This document shows positions 48,701 through 62,008 of a stretch of DNA of 64,000 nucleotides, one piece after another. The position numbers and the translations under genes were made by a program. Source of the DNA: Phoronis australis (lineage: Eukaryota; Animalia; Phoronida); assembly GCA_002633005.1 (NCBI GenBank), contig NMRA01000542.1, positions 186,001 through 250,000 on the forward strand, written 5' to 3'. Under the pieces are notes generated by a model. It had not been told where the DNA came from. It did not search any database and saw only the letters and a program-made list of their open reading frames with translations. Every line of letters begins with the position of its first letter. The first letter of the stretch is position 1.

Positions 48701-51700
48701 CATGGTCAAGTACTGAGCAGCATTAAGACCACTTAGCCAAAATGTTGGACCATTCTTGACAAATCATCAAGTAACTGCAGTTAGTCCACACAACGTCATG
48801 ATTATTACAAATGTAAACACATGTGTGGATACTTGGCCAGGACCTGCTTCGTGAAACTGTCTTATGACAAGACCAAAATTTGTCCTCAGGATCCCATTTC
48901 ACAACTGCTGAAAAATGGTTTAGCCAAGTAATTACGAGCACACCAGTTTAGAAACAACTTTATAGCAGTTATGTGTCTATTTTCAGAAACTTTGCACTTT
49001 TTCTCAAGTGAGATTTAATTATTTTTCAGAAACAGTTGTGTGGAGTGCAAGGCCAAATTTCAGTGTTAGTAAGACTTAAGTCACTTTTTATGAAACAGAT
49101 GTCTTATTTCAGATGAACGATTGTCTCACAGAACCTGAAGACACTAAGCAATGTTTCATACTTCATGAGAGATGTTGCGGTCACGTTTGTACACAAGGAA
49201 TATATGTGGACCAAAAACAGTCACTTACAGGGGTCTGACAGTTTGAGAACCAGTTTTCTTCATGGTCTAAATAAGAGGTGTCAAACTGGTTCTCAAAATG
49301 CTGGACGCCTGCAAGTGACTATTGCCCTGAACTGTGCTCACAAGGGCAAACCAGATAATCAGAGGGAATACACCGACTGTACAAATTACCCAGAATGCCA
49401 TCATCATTGGGTTCAACAGTCTTGAATAGCTCGTTCACTTCCACCTTTGAAGGTTTATATCCAAATAAGGAGAGGACAGCAACTTTAATATCCTCTTTTG
49501 TTAAATAGCCTTTGTGACTCTCATCACAACTATGAAAGACCTGAAAATGTAAACAGATGACGAAATATGTTACACACCACTAAAATGTTATGTAGGACTC
49601 TACAAAAATGTGAACATTTGGCTGCTAACATCAGAAATTACTGATCACATTCAAATGAAATTTTCAGATATATGTTTTATACACTGCTCTCAAAACACTA
49701 TTAGGATTGTTTTAAATGATCTACTTGTTCAACAGGAGACTGAGATAAAAAGTTTGACTGTTATGATTTTATGAAAAAACTCAAATATTTTATCAAAATG
49801 AAAATGAAATAATTTAGAAGAGTAAGAAATATGGCTATTTTTATTGATGTTATGAGATTTCGTTTTGATACATCTTATGAAGACATGGTCACATGACCCA
49901 ATCAGTGGCACATTGATCAAAAGTCGAAGATTGATTTAGACTACAAGCTTTCTATTTAAACACTAGTCTAAATTATGATTTGCTTGTAATCTAAATCTTT
50001 ATAAAATAACCCTAAGTTAAAGTTGAATTGTTGTCAAACTTTGCATGAAGCAAGTGTGAACATGCCTAACAAAGTGTGAACATGTCTTACAAAGTGTGAA
50101 CATGCCTTACAAAGTGTGAACATGTCTTACAAAGTGTGAACATGCCTTACAAAGTGTGAACATGCCTTACAAAGTGTGAACATGCCTTACAAAGTGTGAA
50201 CATGCCTTACAAAGTGTGAACATGCCTTACAAAGTGTGAACATGCCTTACAAAGTGTGAACATGCCTTACAAAGTGTGTTACATCGGCTAACAGAACTAA
50301 CACTTTAGGTGTTTCACACGATGACTGCGGGAAAGACTGTCCAATTCAAAACACAAAATTCAGTTCCTGACACAGAAGAAACCTGTCCTGCTTGAATAAT
50401 GTTAAATTATAACTCATGGGAGGTACCAATGGTGAACCAACATGTGACAGAACCAGCTTTGAGTGAATTTGCCAAAAAAGGGTTGGTATCCTTTTAAGCA
50501 ATTTGATTTCAGGTGAATACCTTGAAAAGTAAAGGCCAACATGGCAATACCCTTGACAACTAACTCCCATTTAGTCCATATTCCAGACAACACCGGTTTT
50601 CCGTGGACTGATATCAATTTTTCTTTTGTTTTTTACGAAACCAAAGACGTGTTTAAAATTGCCAGTTTCTGTCCTTGACATTTCAATTTATTTCAGCCAG
50701 TATTTTATTGCTATGAAGACAGCACCAATGTGATAACTGGCTTGTACAACACAATAGGACTACAGATCAACTTTGGTGATAACAAGGGTGAACGCCGCTT
50801 TTGCCTGGGTTGATGAAGAGAAGCCTTTTACAACTACAAGATACCATTGGGCAGAGAACTATTCCTAATGTTTGTCATATTGACAAGAATCGCACCAATA
50901 TGAATTACATGAATTTTAGAATGGTACCTCCTAGCACAGTCCGGTGGTGATAAGGGTCACTAGTCTATAGCCACAAGGTACCATTTTTTTCAGCACTAAC
51001 CTCATGATGCTTTTTAGAGTTGAGGAATTTTGAACAAAATAGACAATTTAAAATGCCTTCCCACACTCAAGAGGCCAATAGCAAGATAGCACCGCCAGTA
51101 GAGACAGTGGAGCTCCTATAGGCGCTTCATACGCCGGAAGCTTTCGGCAAATTATGCCTCGCACTGACTAAAACGTCAAAGTCACGTTGTTATAAATACC
51201 TTTTATGGATAAGATGACACCTTAGGAAGCCATCGATGTACTTAAGTCCTTCCGACTGGAACAAATACTTTTTAACACTGCGCGTGGCAAGTGGTATGAC
51301 GTCATATCCCCTGGTGTGTGCAGAGTGAAAATGGCGAGTTACCGATTTTGGGAACTGAATGAGGGACTGCTTGAGGAAAAAGTTTGTTAACGGGAGTACT
51401 TGTTCGAGTTGGAAGGAATTAAATACATCCATGGCCTCCTAAGGTGTCCCTCTAAGCGCAAAAGGTATTTATTACAACGTGACTGAATGTTTTAGTCAGT
51501 GCAAGACATAATTCGCCAAAAAGCTTCCAGCGTATGAAGCCTCTAGAGGAGCTCCACTGGCGGTGCCAGTAGGATGGTGGTTCACTAGTAGATAGCATCC
51601 AACCATCGATAGTGATCAATTAATATATAGTGCACAGCTGGTATACTAAATATTTTGACAATAGTCTTCATACAGCTAGCTGGCTGGATAGACTTGAAAA

Positions 51701-51907
51701 TCTCCCATTTTCCCTCGACTCGACAGTTTTTGTTTTGGCCAGGGCAGCGTTCAGTGACCAGGCCAGACGGCAGACACTGAATGCGTCGCGTTGGTTGACT
51801 TTCCAGTTGCTTACCTCAGAAATTGTACGTGTTTCCTGTTCTGAAAGGGTTCGAGGAACGCCGGATTGAGACGCGCTACGAAGATACGATCTGAACACAG
51901 AAACCAT
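45777..51907 (-). CDS. EFCAB11: EF-hand calcium-binding domain-containing protein 11, 171 aa
   Basis: Exons 51907-51815, 49540-49390, 48638-48537, 47020-46930, 45855-45777 (516 nt, in frame). Translation includes EVFHSCDESHKGYLTKEDIKVAVLSLFGYKPSK...EIRQMFLTFDSQYRGFLTVEDLKKAFLQVAPK...FREIDTDWDGRISYKDFE, matching recalled EFCAB11 signature segments. Confidence 0.93.
47742..47947. mobile_element. Kolobok-like MITE in an EFCAB11 intron
   Basis: TIRs of about 34 bp (AGATGCTATGTCTCATTAAwACCGTGAATATTCA) with AG...CT ends and TTAA on both flanks. Confidence 0.75.
50052..50278. repeat. Minisatellite, 20 bp x ~11
   Basis: Unit AAAGTGTGAACATGCCTTAC. Confidence 0.95.
51089..51566. mobile_element. Long-TIR palindromic MITE in EFCAB11 intron 1
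   Basis: Imperfect inverted arms of about 180 bp starting GCACCGCCAGT and ending ACTGGCGGTGC. Homologous fragments at ~27328-27368 and ~53788-53885. Confidence 0.75.
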
Positions 51908-52206
51908 CTGTCAAACGCTTACAATCGATTCTTATGATTCTATCGACAAGTACTGGAGATGAATTTGAGATTTTGTACCAAACACACTTCCTGTTCTAGC
52001 CATTTTGGAATTCCGGGGATACCCCAGTCAAATTGCGCGCGATTGGACATACCAGTCACGTGCAGTTAGTGAACGCGAGTGATTGGTTGTTGTTAGTGCA
52101 TCCTTTAAAAATAGGACATTATCATATTTCAATATGGCTGATTATTGATAGGTGACTGTGAGAAGGATATAAAAATCGAGGGTGCTTTAGATTATTTATT
52201 CCAAAG
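51908..52206. promoter_or_regulatory. Bidirectional promoter between EFCAB11 and the FBXO11-like gene
   Basis: 299 bp between divergent ATGs. Two CCAAT boxes (GATTGG at 52041 and 52081), E-box GTCACGTG at 52055, YY1-like GCCATTTT at 51999, CpG-rich. Confidence 0.65.
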
Positions 52207-55200
52207 ATGTCTAGTCCGGCGACACGAACCACGCGGTTAAGTGTTCGTCGATCGAGGAGGCGAACTAGAAAGCGCTCCGTTTCACCGTCGCATGGGACCA
52301 CTGGTATGTTTACCAACTCGGCCTTTGTGTCGAATGCAACTTGGTTCACAATCGGAGCATGGCTGTGGTTCAGCCGCTCAGGTCAAAACTAGGTTACCGC
52401 ATTCCTTTCTCAACTTTCTGATTTCCGTCTCTGTCATACCCAGAGTGTAAAGGTTTATTTCCGTTCTTTATAACTGTGACTTGTTTTATGTGGATTGCCA
52501 TGACTAAAAATAAATTTTCAGTGACCGGGATATAATAATTCCCCAGCTACGTACACGTTTCAACTCTTTGTTGACAGTGACATGACTTCACTACTCAATG
52601 AGCACTATTCAAACTAGCGACCTTGTCAATCAGCTGTTTTTGGGTGCAGGAAACTCTCTAACTTCCACTTATTCCACTCTTTCTTGGGACAACTTGTATA
52701 ATGTGTCCACTAAGTCGATGTTACAGTCCATATTTGTTCAGTACGCTAGAGTTACTTGTGGAGTTACTTGTAATGTACTTAGTTTGTCTACTGTTCCACT
52801 CTGCTCAGAAGGGGTTCTGTCTTTGCCGTTTGGAAGATGTGGCAGGACCGTGCCGCTAACTCATTTGGGATTTTTTTATCCTGTCAGATATTGCCTGTTG
52901 AACAGGTTAACACAGTTTCATGAAAATCAGGTATAGCCTCAGTGTTGATGTTGCTGGCCAAACTGATACCTGCGCCAGTCTGAAGCTATCGTAAGTTCCC
53001 AAATTACTGCCAGTAATTTATAGTTTTTTTAATGGTTATCAGTACTGAAATTGATGATAATGAGTGCGGGGTTGTGCGTAATTAGTTTCTCAGGACATTT
53101 ACCCCATGTTATTAATCCATATGACCTGCATATGTAAGCACTCATTGTCGTCGATTTCAGTTCTGATATCTGATAAAAAGCTACATACTACTACCAGTAA
53201 TTTGGGAGCTTACGGTAGCTTCAGTTTATTGCAGTCTGCAGTCATCAGTTTGGCTTACCAGCGTGGTACGCCAAATTGGAGTGCACCAAATCAGTTTGGG
53301 CTGCAACATCGACCTGTTTTCAAGTATTCATTTGTAAAGAGGCTAGGTGATGACACGTCCTAATCTTGGTGGCTACCTGCAAATTATACTTAACCCTGGA
53401 TAAACTGTCGAAGCTAAATTACTACATGTACTTTCAAGTGTTAGTGTGCACATTTGGAAGCTGTTGGAGTCTGTAAATCCTTCCAAATACAACAAATACT
53501 CCCACAACCTGTAACCAAAATTGGTAACTTAGCCATTTCTGCTTAGATTTCATCACTGTGCACATCTATAGCATGTAAATTTTTAAATCGCATCAAGGTC
53601 AACCTCCATGATTTCGGGAGTGAGCCAATCTCTAACGCAATACACTGGTGATCTGCCAAGGCTCGCTAATGCTTGAAAATTGACCGCGAGGGCTTGACCT
53701 TTCGTACCTGGACAAAATGGCATTGTTGACAAATGTAGAGATTCATTTGAAAGAAATCTTAATTAACAAAGTATTTTTTTAGTTACAAGGAATTAAAGAC
53801 ATCAACAACCTCCTAAGGTGCCCCTCTGTGCTTAAAAAGGTTGTTATAACAGCATGACTTTGATGCCAAAAAGCTTCCAACATATGGTGATCCTATGGGA
53901 TAATCACCGTCTGTGCCAGCCCTACTGTCCTAGTTCAGATGCTGGTACTGTCTTATCCTAGTCAAGCATGTGTGCTGGAAAATTTTCTGCAAATTACGCT
54001 TAACCCTGACTAAACTATCAAAGTTGCAATACTCTATGTTCCTTTCAAGTGTGGATGAACACCTTTGGAGGCAGTTGGAGTCGTTAAATTCTTCCAGCTT
54101 GAATAAATAGTACTGCAATCATTATTGATACTCTTTTGTTCGTTTCAACAAAATTGAAGACTGAACGCCATTGTAGTCAAGCTCAAACAGAAATGTGCTG
54201 AGGGCAAATATCTGTCAGCCACGTCGACAGGTGACACTAGACAGGGGATCTGTCGAAGGCATGACTGAATTTTTCAGGTGTGTTCCAAGCAACCCGAACA
54301 ACATGACTCACACATTCATTGACACCCAACTCACATACCTTTAAACTCAGCTCACTGATTCACAAACACTGCTCGTTACTTGTAAAACACGGCCTAGGCA
54401 CCATGTAAAACATGCATTCACTGAGTCACATGTCTAAGAATCAGGTGCATGGCCAGGCAAAGTGTCCATGAGCTGTGTATAGGTGCCAGATCTGTTTTGT
54501 GTTTCAGCAATCAATTTTAGGGTGCGAAAGCTGTGTTTTTGTTGTGTGTGACAGGCCATGTTTGTGTTCAAACTGAGCTAAACAGGTCTGTCAGTTGTGT
54601 TCATATGAGAGGAGCTATGTTCAAGAGTGCATGAGTCGGGTTGTTCGGACAGCCTGTATTTTGTAGCCACAGTCTCGTTCCAATGGTTTGAAAAATGTTC
54701 AATAGTCTTTGCTTAACTAGAATATCAAGTATCCACTTGGGTACCCATTTATCCATAATTAGTCGAGGTGTCGTGGCATTGGTTTGAATTCAACATCTCG
54801 TAAACAGCTCTTTTACTAGAAATGAATCCATGGCACTGTGTGATTGACTTCTATTTTTACTCCTTCCTAGGATTTTGTTCGAAGTCTTGCATTTTCACTA
54901 CCAAACATGTATTCTTGCTCATCCAAGGCAGGGACTTGTTTAGCACAATGCCCCAGGAAGGTTTGCTGTCGCTTAAAACAGGCACAATTGAATTGATCAA
55001 TTCACAACAGAGAATTAGTCAACTGCTTCCTAGCCGTTACTCAATTTGAATTCTCACAAGTTCTCTCTAGTCTCCTGTGTATTGCTGTATTAACCAACCA
55101 AGAATACCTTAAGGGTGATTGCCAAGGTTATTGCGTTCTAGGATACATTTTGAGAAATGGATACAATTTTCCACTCAAAACAAAGGTTGGCTTTTAGTCA

Positions 55201-58200
55201 AATAGGAACATGATTTACCCTGCTGCAGATTTAGATGTGGGCCAAAGGGGCCATGGCCTCCTTAAAATTACCCCAACTAACGTCTAACATCTTAACTGAG
55301 GTCTCCTACAAAACTACACATTTCCCTTGTCTCCCTGATTTAGCCTTCTGAAGAATTGTGTAAAATGTTAAGTTTCAGGTGACAAACTAAGAGCTAGTAA
55401 TCTAGTCTTGCACAAGTTTGGACAACAACCACCCTAACTTTCAGACAAGTTGAATATTTCTCTCTAGAAACTTGCATGTTTTCTCTCCCTCTCTCTTGTG
55501 TATGCTGCACAAACCGTCTGGGATTGCCATGCTCTGAGGCCTAGAACTCAGCTGATAGAAATGAATACTTTCAAACTTTTCACTGAATTTTTAATGTCAT
55601 TATTTTTGATAACCAATCAGAGACACATTCTTGTATCATTTAGACTGTTTTTGTATGTAAGTAGAATTTGTACCAGTCTCATTGTCATGCAAAGAATTTC
55701 ATCTCTGCGAAAGTTATACAAGTTGCTCTCTGTCAAAAGTATCATGTGACTACAACAAACAACTCTTGACAGATTATGTGCATACTGTGTGCACATACTG
55801 TGTGCGCATACTGTTTGCGCATACTGTGCTTGTATGACAGTTCTTAGGTCCATGTGATATCTTATATTTGAAACAATGCATAATGATTGTTTTTGTGCAT
55901 ATGCCTCAAAGGCTTCTTTTGTTGGGTTAGGTGACTATTTTTTGCATATGTGAATGTCTCAAACCGCGCATCATTTGTGTTTTTGTACATTCTTAATATT
56001 TTTATTCAATATTTATTCGTCATAAATTGAATAGGTGATAATGTCTACCATTTTGTAGCATATAAGTCAAATTTCAGTCAAATGATAAGTAGAAACTAAC
56101 TCCTTGATTTTAATCCAAAATGCTTCACATATAGGTGCATGCGCCTCATTCCAGTATAGGTTAGGCACAGCTTCACATCTAGACACATGGGCCTAAATAC
56201 GTACGTATATGGTAATACGCCCTGTGCCCATCAAGCACTAGATGGTTTTATAGCCCGGTTTAAAACTGGTGTTTAAAAAGATAATTGTAATCGTTGGTAA
56301 GGAAGATATACATTTTTACCGTAAAGACGTGTCGTATGTCATCAAATGTTTTTTGCATACTGTTACGTACACATATGCAGAGGTCAGTGATCCTGTACCC
56401 CTAACTCAAATTCCTGGGTCAGCATTTGTAACCCAACCAATATGTATACTGTACACAACATGTGGATGTTCCTTGGATGCTTCAAAATGTTAATCACCAA
56501 TATTGATCTTAGTAGTATATAAATGACATGATTTTTGTGCTGCTTTTCTTATTAAATGATTTGTGTTACGTGTCACAGAAACTTTTGAATCTGATAGGTT
56601 TCTTAATGTCTTAATGGGGTTTCACTGTCTGTCTTCGGTGATTTTCATGCTAATAACACTAACTTTTAAATATACTCGCCCGGGATAATTCCCATGTTCA
56701 TTTTAACACCCTCACACAAATTTCCTAACTTTTCAGATAAATGCTGTGGCCTTGCACAGCTTAGCACCCCTTTCCCAGTTGTGTGATTGAGATTTCTGTA
56801 AAAGTGCCAGTGTGAATGCAAATGAAAAGTCTATAGTATTTTCCTCTTATTGTACAAGAAAAAAGTGCATTTTTCCATTTTTCAAAGACTCATTAGTTTG
56901 CTGCCAAACAATGGAAAGTTCCCCAAAAGTTGTTTTATGACATCAACACAATTTACAAACCATGAAAGTAAAATTTTCTAATGCTTTTTGTGCAGAAATT
57001 TGGAAAAATAGAATTTGCGTGTTGGCCATATTGTGATTGCCATAGCTCCAAAACCTGTGCAACTCACATACTATATAATGAACAGGTTTAGGAGCATCTT
57101 GCCACATTGGGACAGCAAAAAATACCCGGCTTTCAATGAATGAGTTGTGAAATGTTTCTTTTGGCTTGTGGTCATTCTAATATCACATAGTACTTTGGTG
57201 TGCCATAAATGATGTTTGTATGATCGAATTATGGTTCGGGTCAAATCGAGTGTATGCTCATCTCCGACATCTCAACAATATTTTAACACCTATGCTTGAA
57301 TTAAAGCCCACCCCATGAGTTTTTAATTTCTATGTTAAGTGTCTAATGCTCGGTTGCATTTAAAACAGTCCCAAATAGGGACTCTTTAAAGTTCTCCAAA
57401 TCTACTGCATAGTTGTGTTGATCTTTACTCACATGTGAAATCGTTTTCTATAATTTTATCTTTATTTATGAGCTCGTCTTTGACTAACAACATTTTCTTT
57501 TATTACTAAAAATTGAATCCCCCCCTGGAGTTCAGTGAAGATAAATTGGGATATTGTCCTTAAATTAGGGGCACTCCATGAAAAGATCCCCATTTCATAT
57601 ATGTCAGAATCTTACTTGGATGTCAACTAACTAGTTAGGTGTACACCTTACTACTGTCGATCTGTATTAAAGCCAAAAACTGACTTAGTTACCAAAACAG
57701 TAAAAGAAAGGAAAATCGGTCCACAAATACGCTGTAGATTTAGGGAACTTCAGTGGAACTATTTCATGCAACCGGGCAGTGAAGTCTTAACACAGATGAT
57801 TACTGTATGATCAATTGTCAGTACTTGGTTTCAATTTGTACTTTACTCTTGTTAGGAAGAATGTCTGAGCATTTGAGGAATTAACACATTATTGTAGCTG
57901 AACTGAATACATTCCAATTGATGGCCAAGTCATTTTATACACTGAAAGCCATGTGGCAGTTAATCTAGAATATAAATTACATTAGAGGTAGTTTTAGTTG
58001 AGGCAACATGAATTTTAAATTGTTTTTTACATGATTTTGTTGGCTAATATCTGAGTGCGCTGAAGTTTATCATTTTGGTGGATTTGGGTTGGTAGTTCTA
58101 TGTTTAGTTTAGATATTTTTAATACTTTAATTTGTGTTTTTTATCTGAAAGCAAGCAGATTTTGTCAACAGGATATATTAGTCTGTGGTGACATTTGTTT

Positions 58201-58918
58201 TGTTTATTTAAATGGTACAGTGCTACAGTCTCTATTTCTTGCCTGTTTAACATTTATACACAACTTGACTTCTCAAAGCTGTTTTAGTCACTAGTGCATG
58301 GAGGATGTGGTACTGCTGAGGCTTGTTTTGAATTTTTGTGCTTGTTTGTCCTTTGATGGGTCGTGAAAGTAAGATTTTACCAAGTGCTACTGGAAGTAAG
58401 TCACTATTTGTCAACAAACCACCATCGGCAACAGGTAGCAACGCTGTTGTTACCAGTTGGCAGTGTCACTGGCTTAACTAGGGGTTTATTTTATCTTTTA
58501 TGTAAACATTGACATGCAGCCCATCTTGTGCATTGGTTGTTAGAAGTAGTTAGTAATCTTTATTAATTTTATTTTCTTAAGCAAATCTAAATCAGATGAC
58601 GAGTGAAAGGTACGAGTTCTGGTTTGTCGTAAGTGCTCATTTCACATAAATAATGGTACATGTTTTATTTGAGGGGTTTATTCACCAATTCCTACCATGC
58701 GTGGTTATGATGGTCCATTTTCATCTTTGTAGCTGAATCAAGATCGCAGCAGGCATGCACGGACCAGGCGGGATGCGGAAGTAATGACCACTCGTACCAC
58801 CTGCGGAGGAGAACCCTCACACCCGACCTATGCGACCCTAGTCCTGGTGCTGTGCTCCACACTATTCCCGCCAAGCGGTCCAAGACAACCAAGTCGACAT
58901 GTTCAACGCCTATTAAAA
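52207..58918 (+). CDS. FBXO11: N-terminal two exons of a probable F-box only protein 11 (FBXO11-like); gene continues beyond the window
   Basis: Exon 52207-52303 (MSSPATRTTRLSVRRSRRRTRKRSVSPSHGTT, phase-1 GTATGT donor) joins open exon 58733-58918 (AESRSQQAC...HSYHLRRRTLTP...PAKRSK, GTAAGA donor). VRRSRR, YxLRRxTL and AKR motifs resemble the FBXO11 N-terminus as I recall it. The F-box exon is not visible, so the identity is tentative. Confidence 0.6.
54276..54656. mobile_element. Degenerate TIR element (MITE-like)
   Basis: The left end CAGGTGTG..CCGAACAACATGACTCA mirrors the right end TGAGTCGGGTTGTTCGGACAGCCTG. Confidence 0.4.
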
Positions 58919-59021
58919 GTAAGATACTGTGTCGATGGTGAGGTTCACGGAACCTGTTGCGTGTGTTTAAGGTTATGTAGAGCCCTAGAAAAGTAAATAT
59001 GTGGCCAACTTAAAAACATCA

Positions 59022-59545
59022 TTTTATGCGCCCACATGTTTTTACGTGGACGCATTATGCCGTCGTCTCCGTCCGGGCGGTGTCTGTCCGGCATTCGCTG
59101 CTCTATGTCCAAAACCGTTTGACGTATGTTCATGAAATTTTGCACGCGTTTCTTTCATAGATGGAACGGCATGAGTGAACTATCGAATAGATGCGACTAC
59201 CGATGTGCCCCCTAGTGGCAAGTTTAGTTTTTTTAAGTTTACCTCTGTATCTTAAAAGGTCCTCAAGGATCTTTACTAAATTTGGCAAGTGTATTTATAT
59301 ATGTTGACAATAAACGATGACTACTTTCAGACGGATCTGACGACTGGTGTGCCCGCAGTGGCAATTTTAGGGGTTTTTTTACATTTACCTCTGTATCTTC
59401 AAAGGCCCTTCATGGCATATAGGCATCTATTAGTGAGGTAAGGCAGAATTGATGGTCAAATAATTACTTGTGAATGTGTGCAAAGGAGTGAATGAAACCT
59501 GGATATAATGCGAAAGCCATTTCTGGGGCTATGCTCGTTTTTAAT
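59022..59545 (+). mobile_element. Helentron-associated / DINE-1-like non-autonomous element
   Basis: Starts in a T-run with hairpin ATGCGCCCAC...GTGGACGCAT, followed by GTCC/GTCT microsatellite remnants and diverged internal tandem units (ATGAAATTT / AAATTTGG ... CCCTAGTGGCAA). Related sequence at ~60330-60620 and in reverse at ~17720-18140. Confidence 0.45.
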
Positions 59546-62008
59546 TTTTTTTTGAAAATTTAAAAATGGTCAAATAATTTTTGTTTTCAATTACAATCCT
59601 GATATATTTAATAATATCAGTTATTCTTTCAGATCAATGACAAATCAACTGTTAGTCCCAGTAGTCCCTACCTCACCAGGATCAGGCTATGCTTGATGTT
59701 AATACTCTTGATCAACAAATTAAATCAGATGTGACTTATTGCACATGACAGCAATTAGTGCAATGAGCCACCATTGTCGAATATATGTTCAACTCATCAA
59801 CAATACAAACAGATGACCTGGTTCGTGTAGAAAACTTTTTTATCAACAATTTACAAGAAGAAATGTAACCCTGCATTCAGCATAATACCTAATCCATAAC
59901 ACTATGGTCGCCGCAGTTTGGTCATATTTACTTTTCATGTTTCGAACCTAGTTTTCCGAAAAAAACTAATACCCTTCCGTCAGACAACTCTTTGGTGCAT
60001 TGACTTCTACTAATGTATTTTTCTACGTCTCTGGTTAATTATCGACACATTTTTAATATTTTAATATCCAGCATGGACTCAAAATACCAGCCATTTGACT
60101 CACGCAATGTCAACTTCCACTTTGTTTATCGCAGTGAGCCTGGCTTTGGATTTTAATTCCGCCGCGTGAATTAGGTCTATATGTTCTCAGTGTGAAGAGG
60201 ACGATTGGCGTTGACTTCGACTACTGTGGCGGCTCCTGATGGTAGTTTTGTTTTGTTTTGCACCCATAGATGTATCTCCTAAAGTCACTGCAGTCTTCTT
60301 AAAATTTAGAAATGGTATCTAAATGAAGCTAACAACAGACAACGACGACTTTTAGACGGATCCAAGGAACGCTATGTCCCCTAGTGTCAATTTCATTTTC
60401 TTCCGTTTTCCTTTGTTTCTCTGAAGTTCCTCGACAGATTTTTATGAAATTTGATAAATAGTTTTTTATTAGAGAAGTGATGGCACTTCCCGTTTTCATA
60501 TGGACATTTTTGCGCTATCTAGTGGCCATTTTTATGATGCAAATAATCAACCCTAGATGCACCCCATTTGCAGTGCATTCGTGGGCGCATTTCAACGCTC
60601 TGCGTTGCTCTTGTTCGTATTTAACATGTTTTGTTGACTGCTACAAAAGAACATTAACACTTTCAAGAAGTTGAAATACGTCTGCTGACATGTAACTAGT
60701 ATCCAGCTTATCTCGATGATAACCTCTGCTGAATTGAAGTTTTCCTGGGTGTCCGTCCATCAAACAAGGTAATAGCAACTGACTTGGTTAATGTTTTATC
60801 AGTGATTTGTAAAAAGGTTTGATTTGCCCTCTCACAACATACCAGTAATCAAAATCTCTTTTAAAACAATTTCTAAATACTTACAGTGATAGCTGATGTT
60901 TGATGATAAATAAAAGTCTAAGGCAGGTTTTTAACCCAGTAACCTAAGCATTGCCAACAACTTCTTTCACCGAATGTTTGCAAAAGCATGAGATATCTCA
61001 TATGAATGGATGAATGGAGTGGTGAATATACAGTGCTAAGACCTTATTACAAAGATGTGTATTACAAGGATTAACCATGGGGCTTAGCTTATAAAACTGA
61101 TGTGCGCAATAGGTGAAGTAGGGGATTCTCACCATGTAGTCTCATGCAAAATAATTTCGGGACAAAATATTATTTTTCCGAATAATTTTAGCTGTGAGTG
61201 AAATGCCATACTACAGTTCCAAACATTTCGTTATGTATGGATGATCTTTTGCAAATTGCATAGCATAGAGCCTTGCTATTACTGCAGCACTGCCCTTGAC
61301 CTTTATTGATAAGAGTGGCTGTTATTGAAACTCTAGACTTCAACTGAAAAGCTCCTTGGTTTTCATGTCCCACATTCTCGTGCACTTGAGGACTCTGTTG
61401 GTGACATTTTACTGTATTTTAGAAATGTAAGATCCCATTCCTGTTAGCGATTCTCTGTCAAACACGCCAGTTGGTGAGTTGAGTACTTGCCCGTTCTTGA
61501 ACTTAATTCCATGGGAGATAACTACAGCTTACTGACATCATCAGGGATGACAGTTTCAAAAAATCCCAAATGAAAGTTGTTTTTTGATTTTTCATGCTTT
61601 TTAAGAAATTTCTGTTGGTCAAATTGTGGTTGATGCAATGACCTCTAGACTGTCCGTTGTTTTTTTTTAATTAACTCAAATTCTGAGTGATTCTAATTCA
61701 GGAACCTAATCTGAAATGTCAGACGTGGTATGTATTGGGGCAGGGTAACTCATGTTGATCTGCGTTTTTTCATGTGAAATCATGGAATTCCTTACCTGGT
61801 GAAAACCTGCCTCAATGCGCAATGCTACAATTTTGAAATGTCATACAACCATTGTGTACTACTTCTCATGCCGAAGTTTTCTTAATAATCCACCCAACTA
61901 TCTTACGCTGTTTTCTTCAATTAATAATCTCATCCTTTTTTCTTAGAAGTTTTCTCAAAGTTTAATTGGCGATGGGAAATGAAGTTGTAAAAAATGGGAA
62001 GGGAAGAA

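Noticed and set aside
50346-50931. ORFs considered as an extra EFCAB11 exon
   Set aside because: EFCAB11 exons 1 and 2 join in phase without them; the region is bracketed by a 10-bp inverted repeat (GGAGGTACCA) suggesting a repeat remnant.
59633-59735. Candidate third exon of the FBXO11-like gene after TTCTTTCAG
   Set aside because: In the required phase 1 it hits a stop at once, and it has no F-box similarity.
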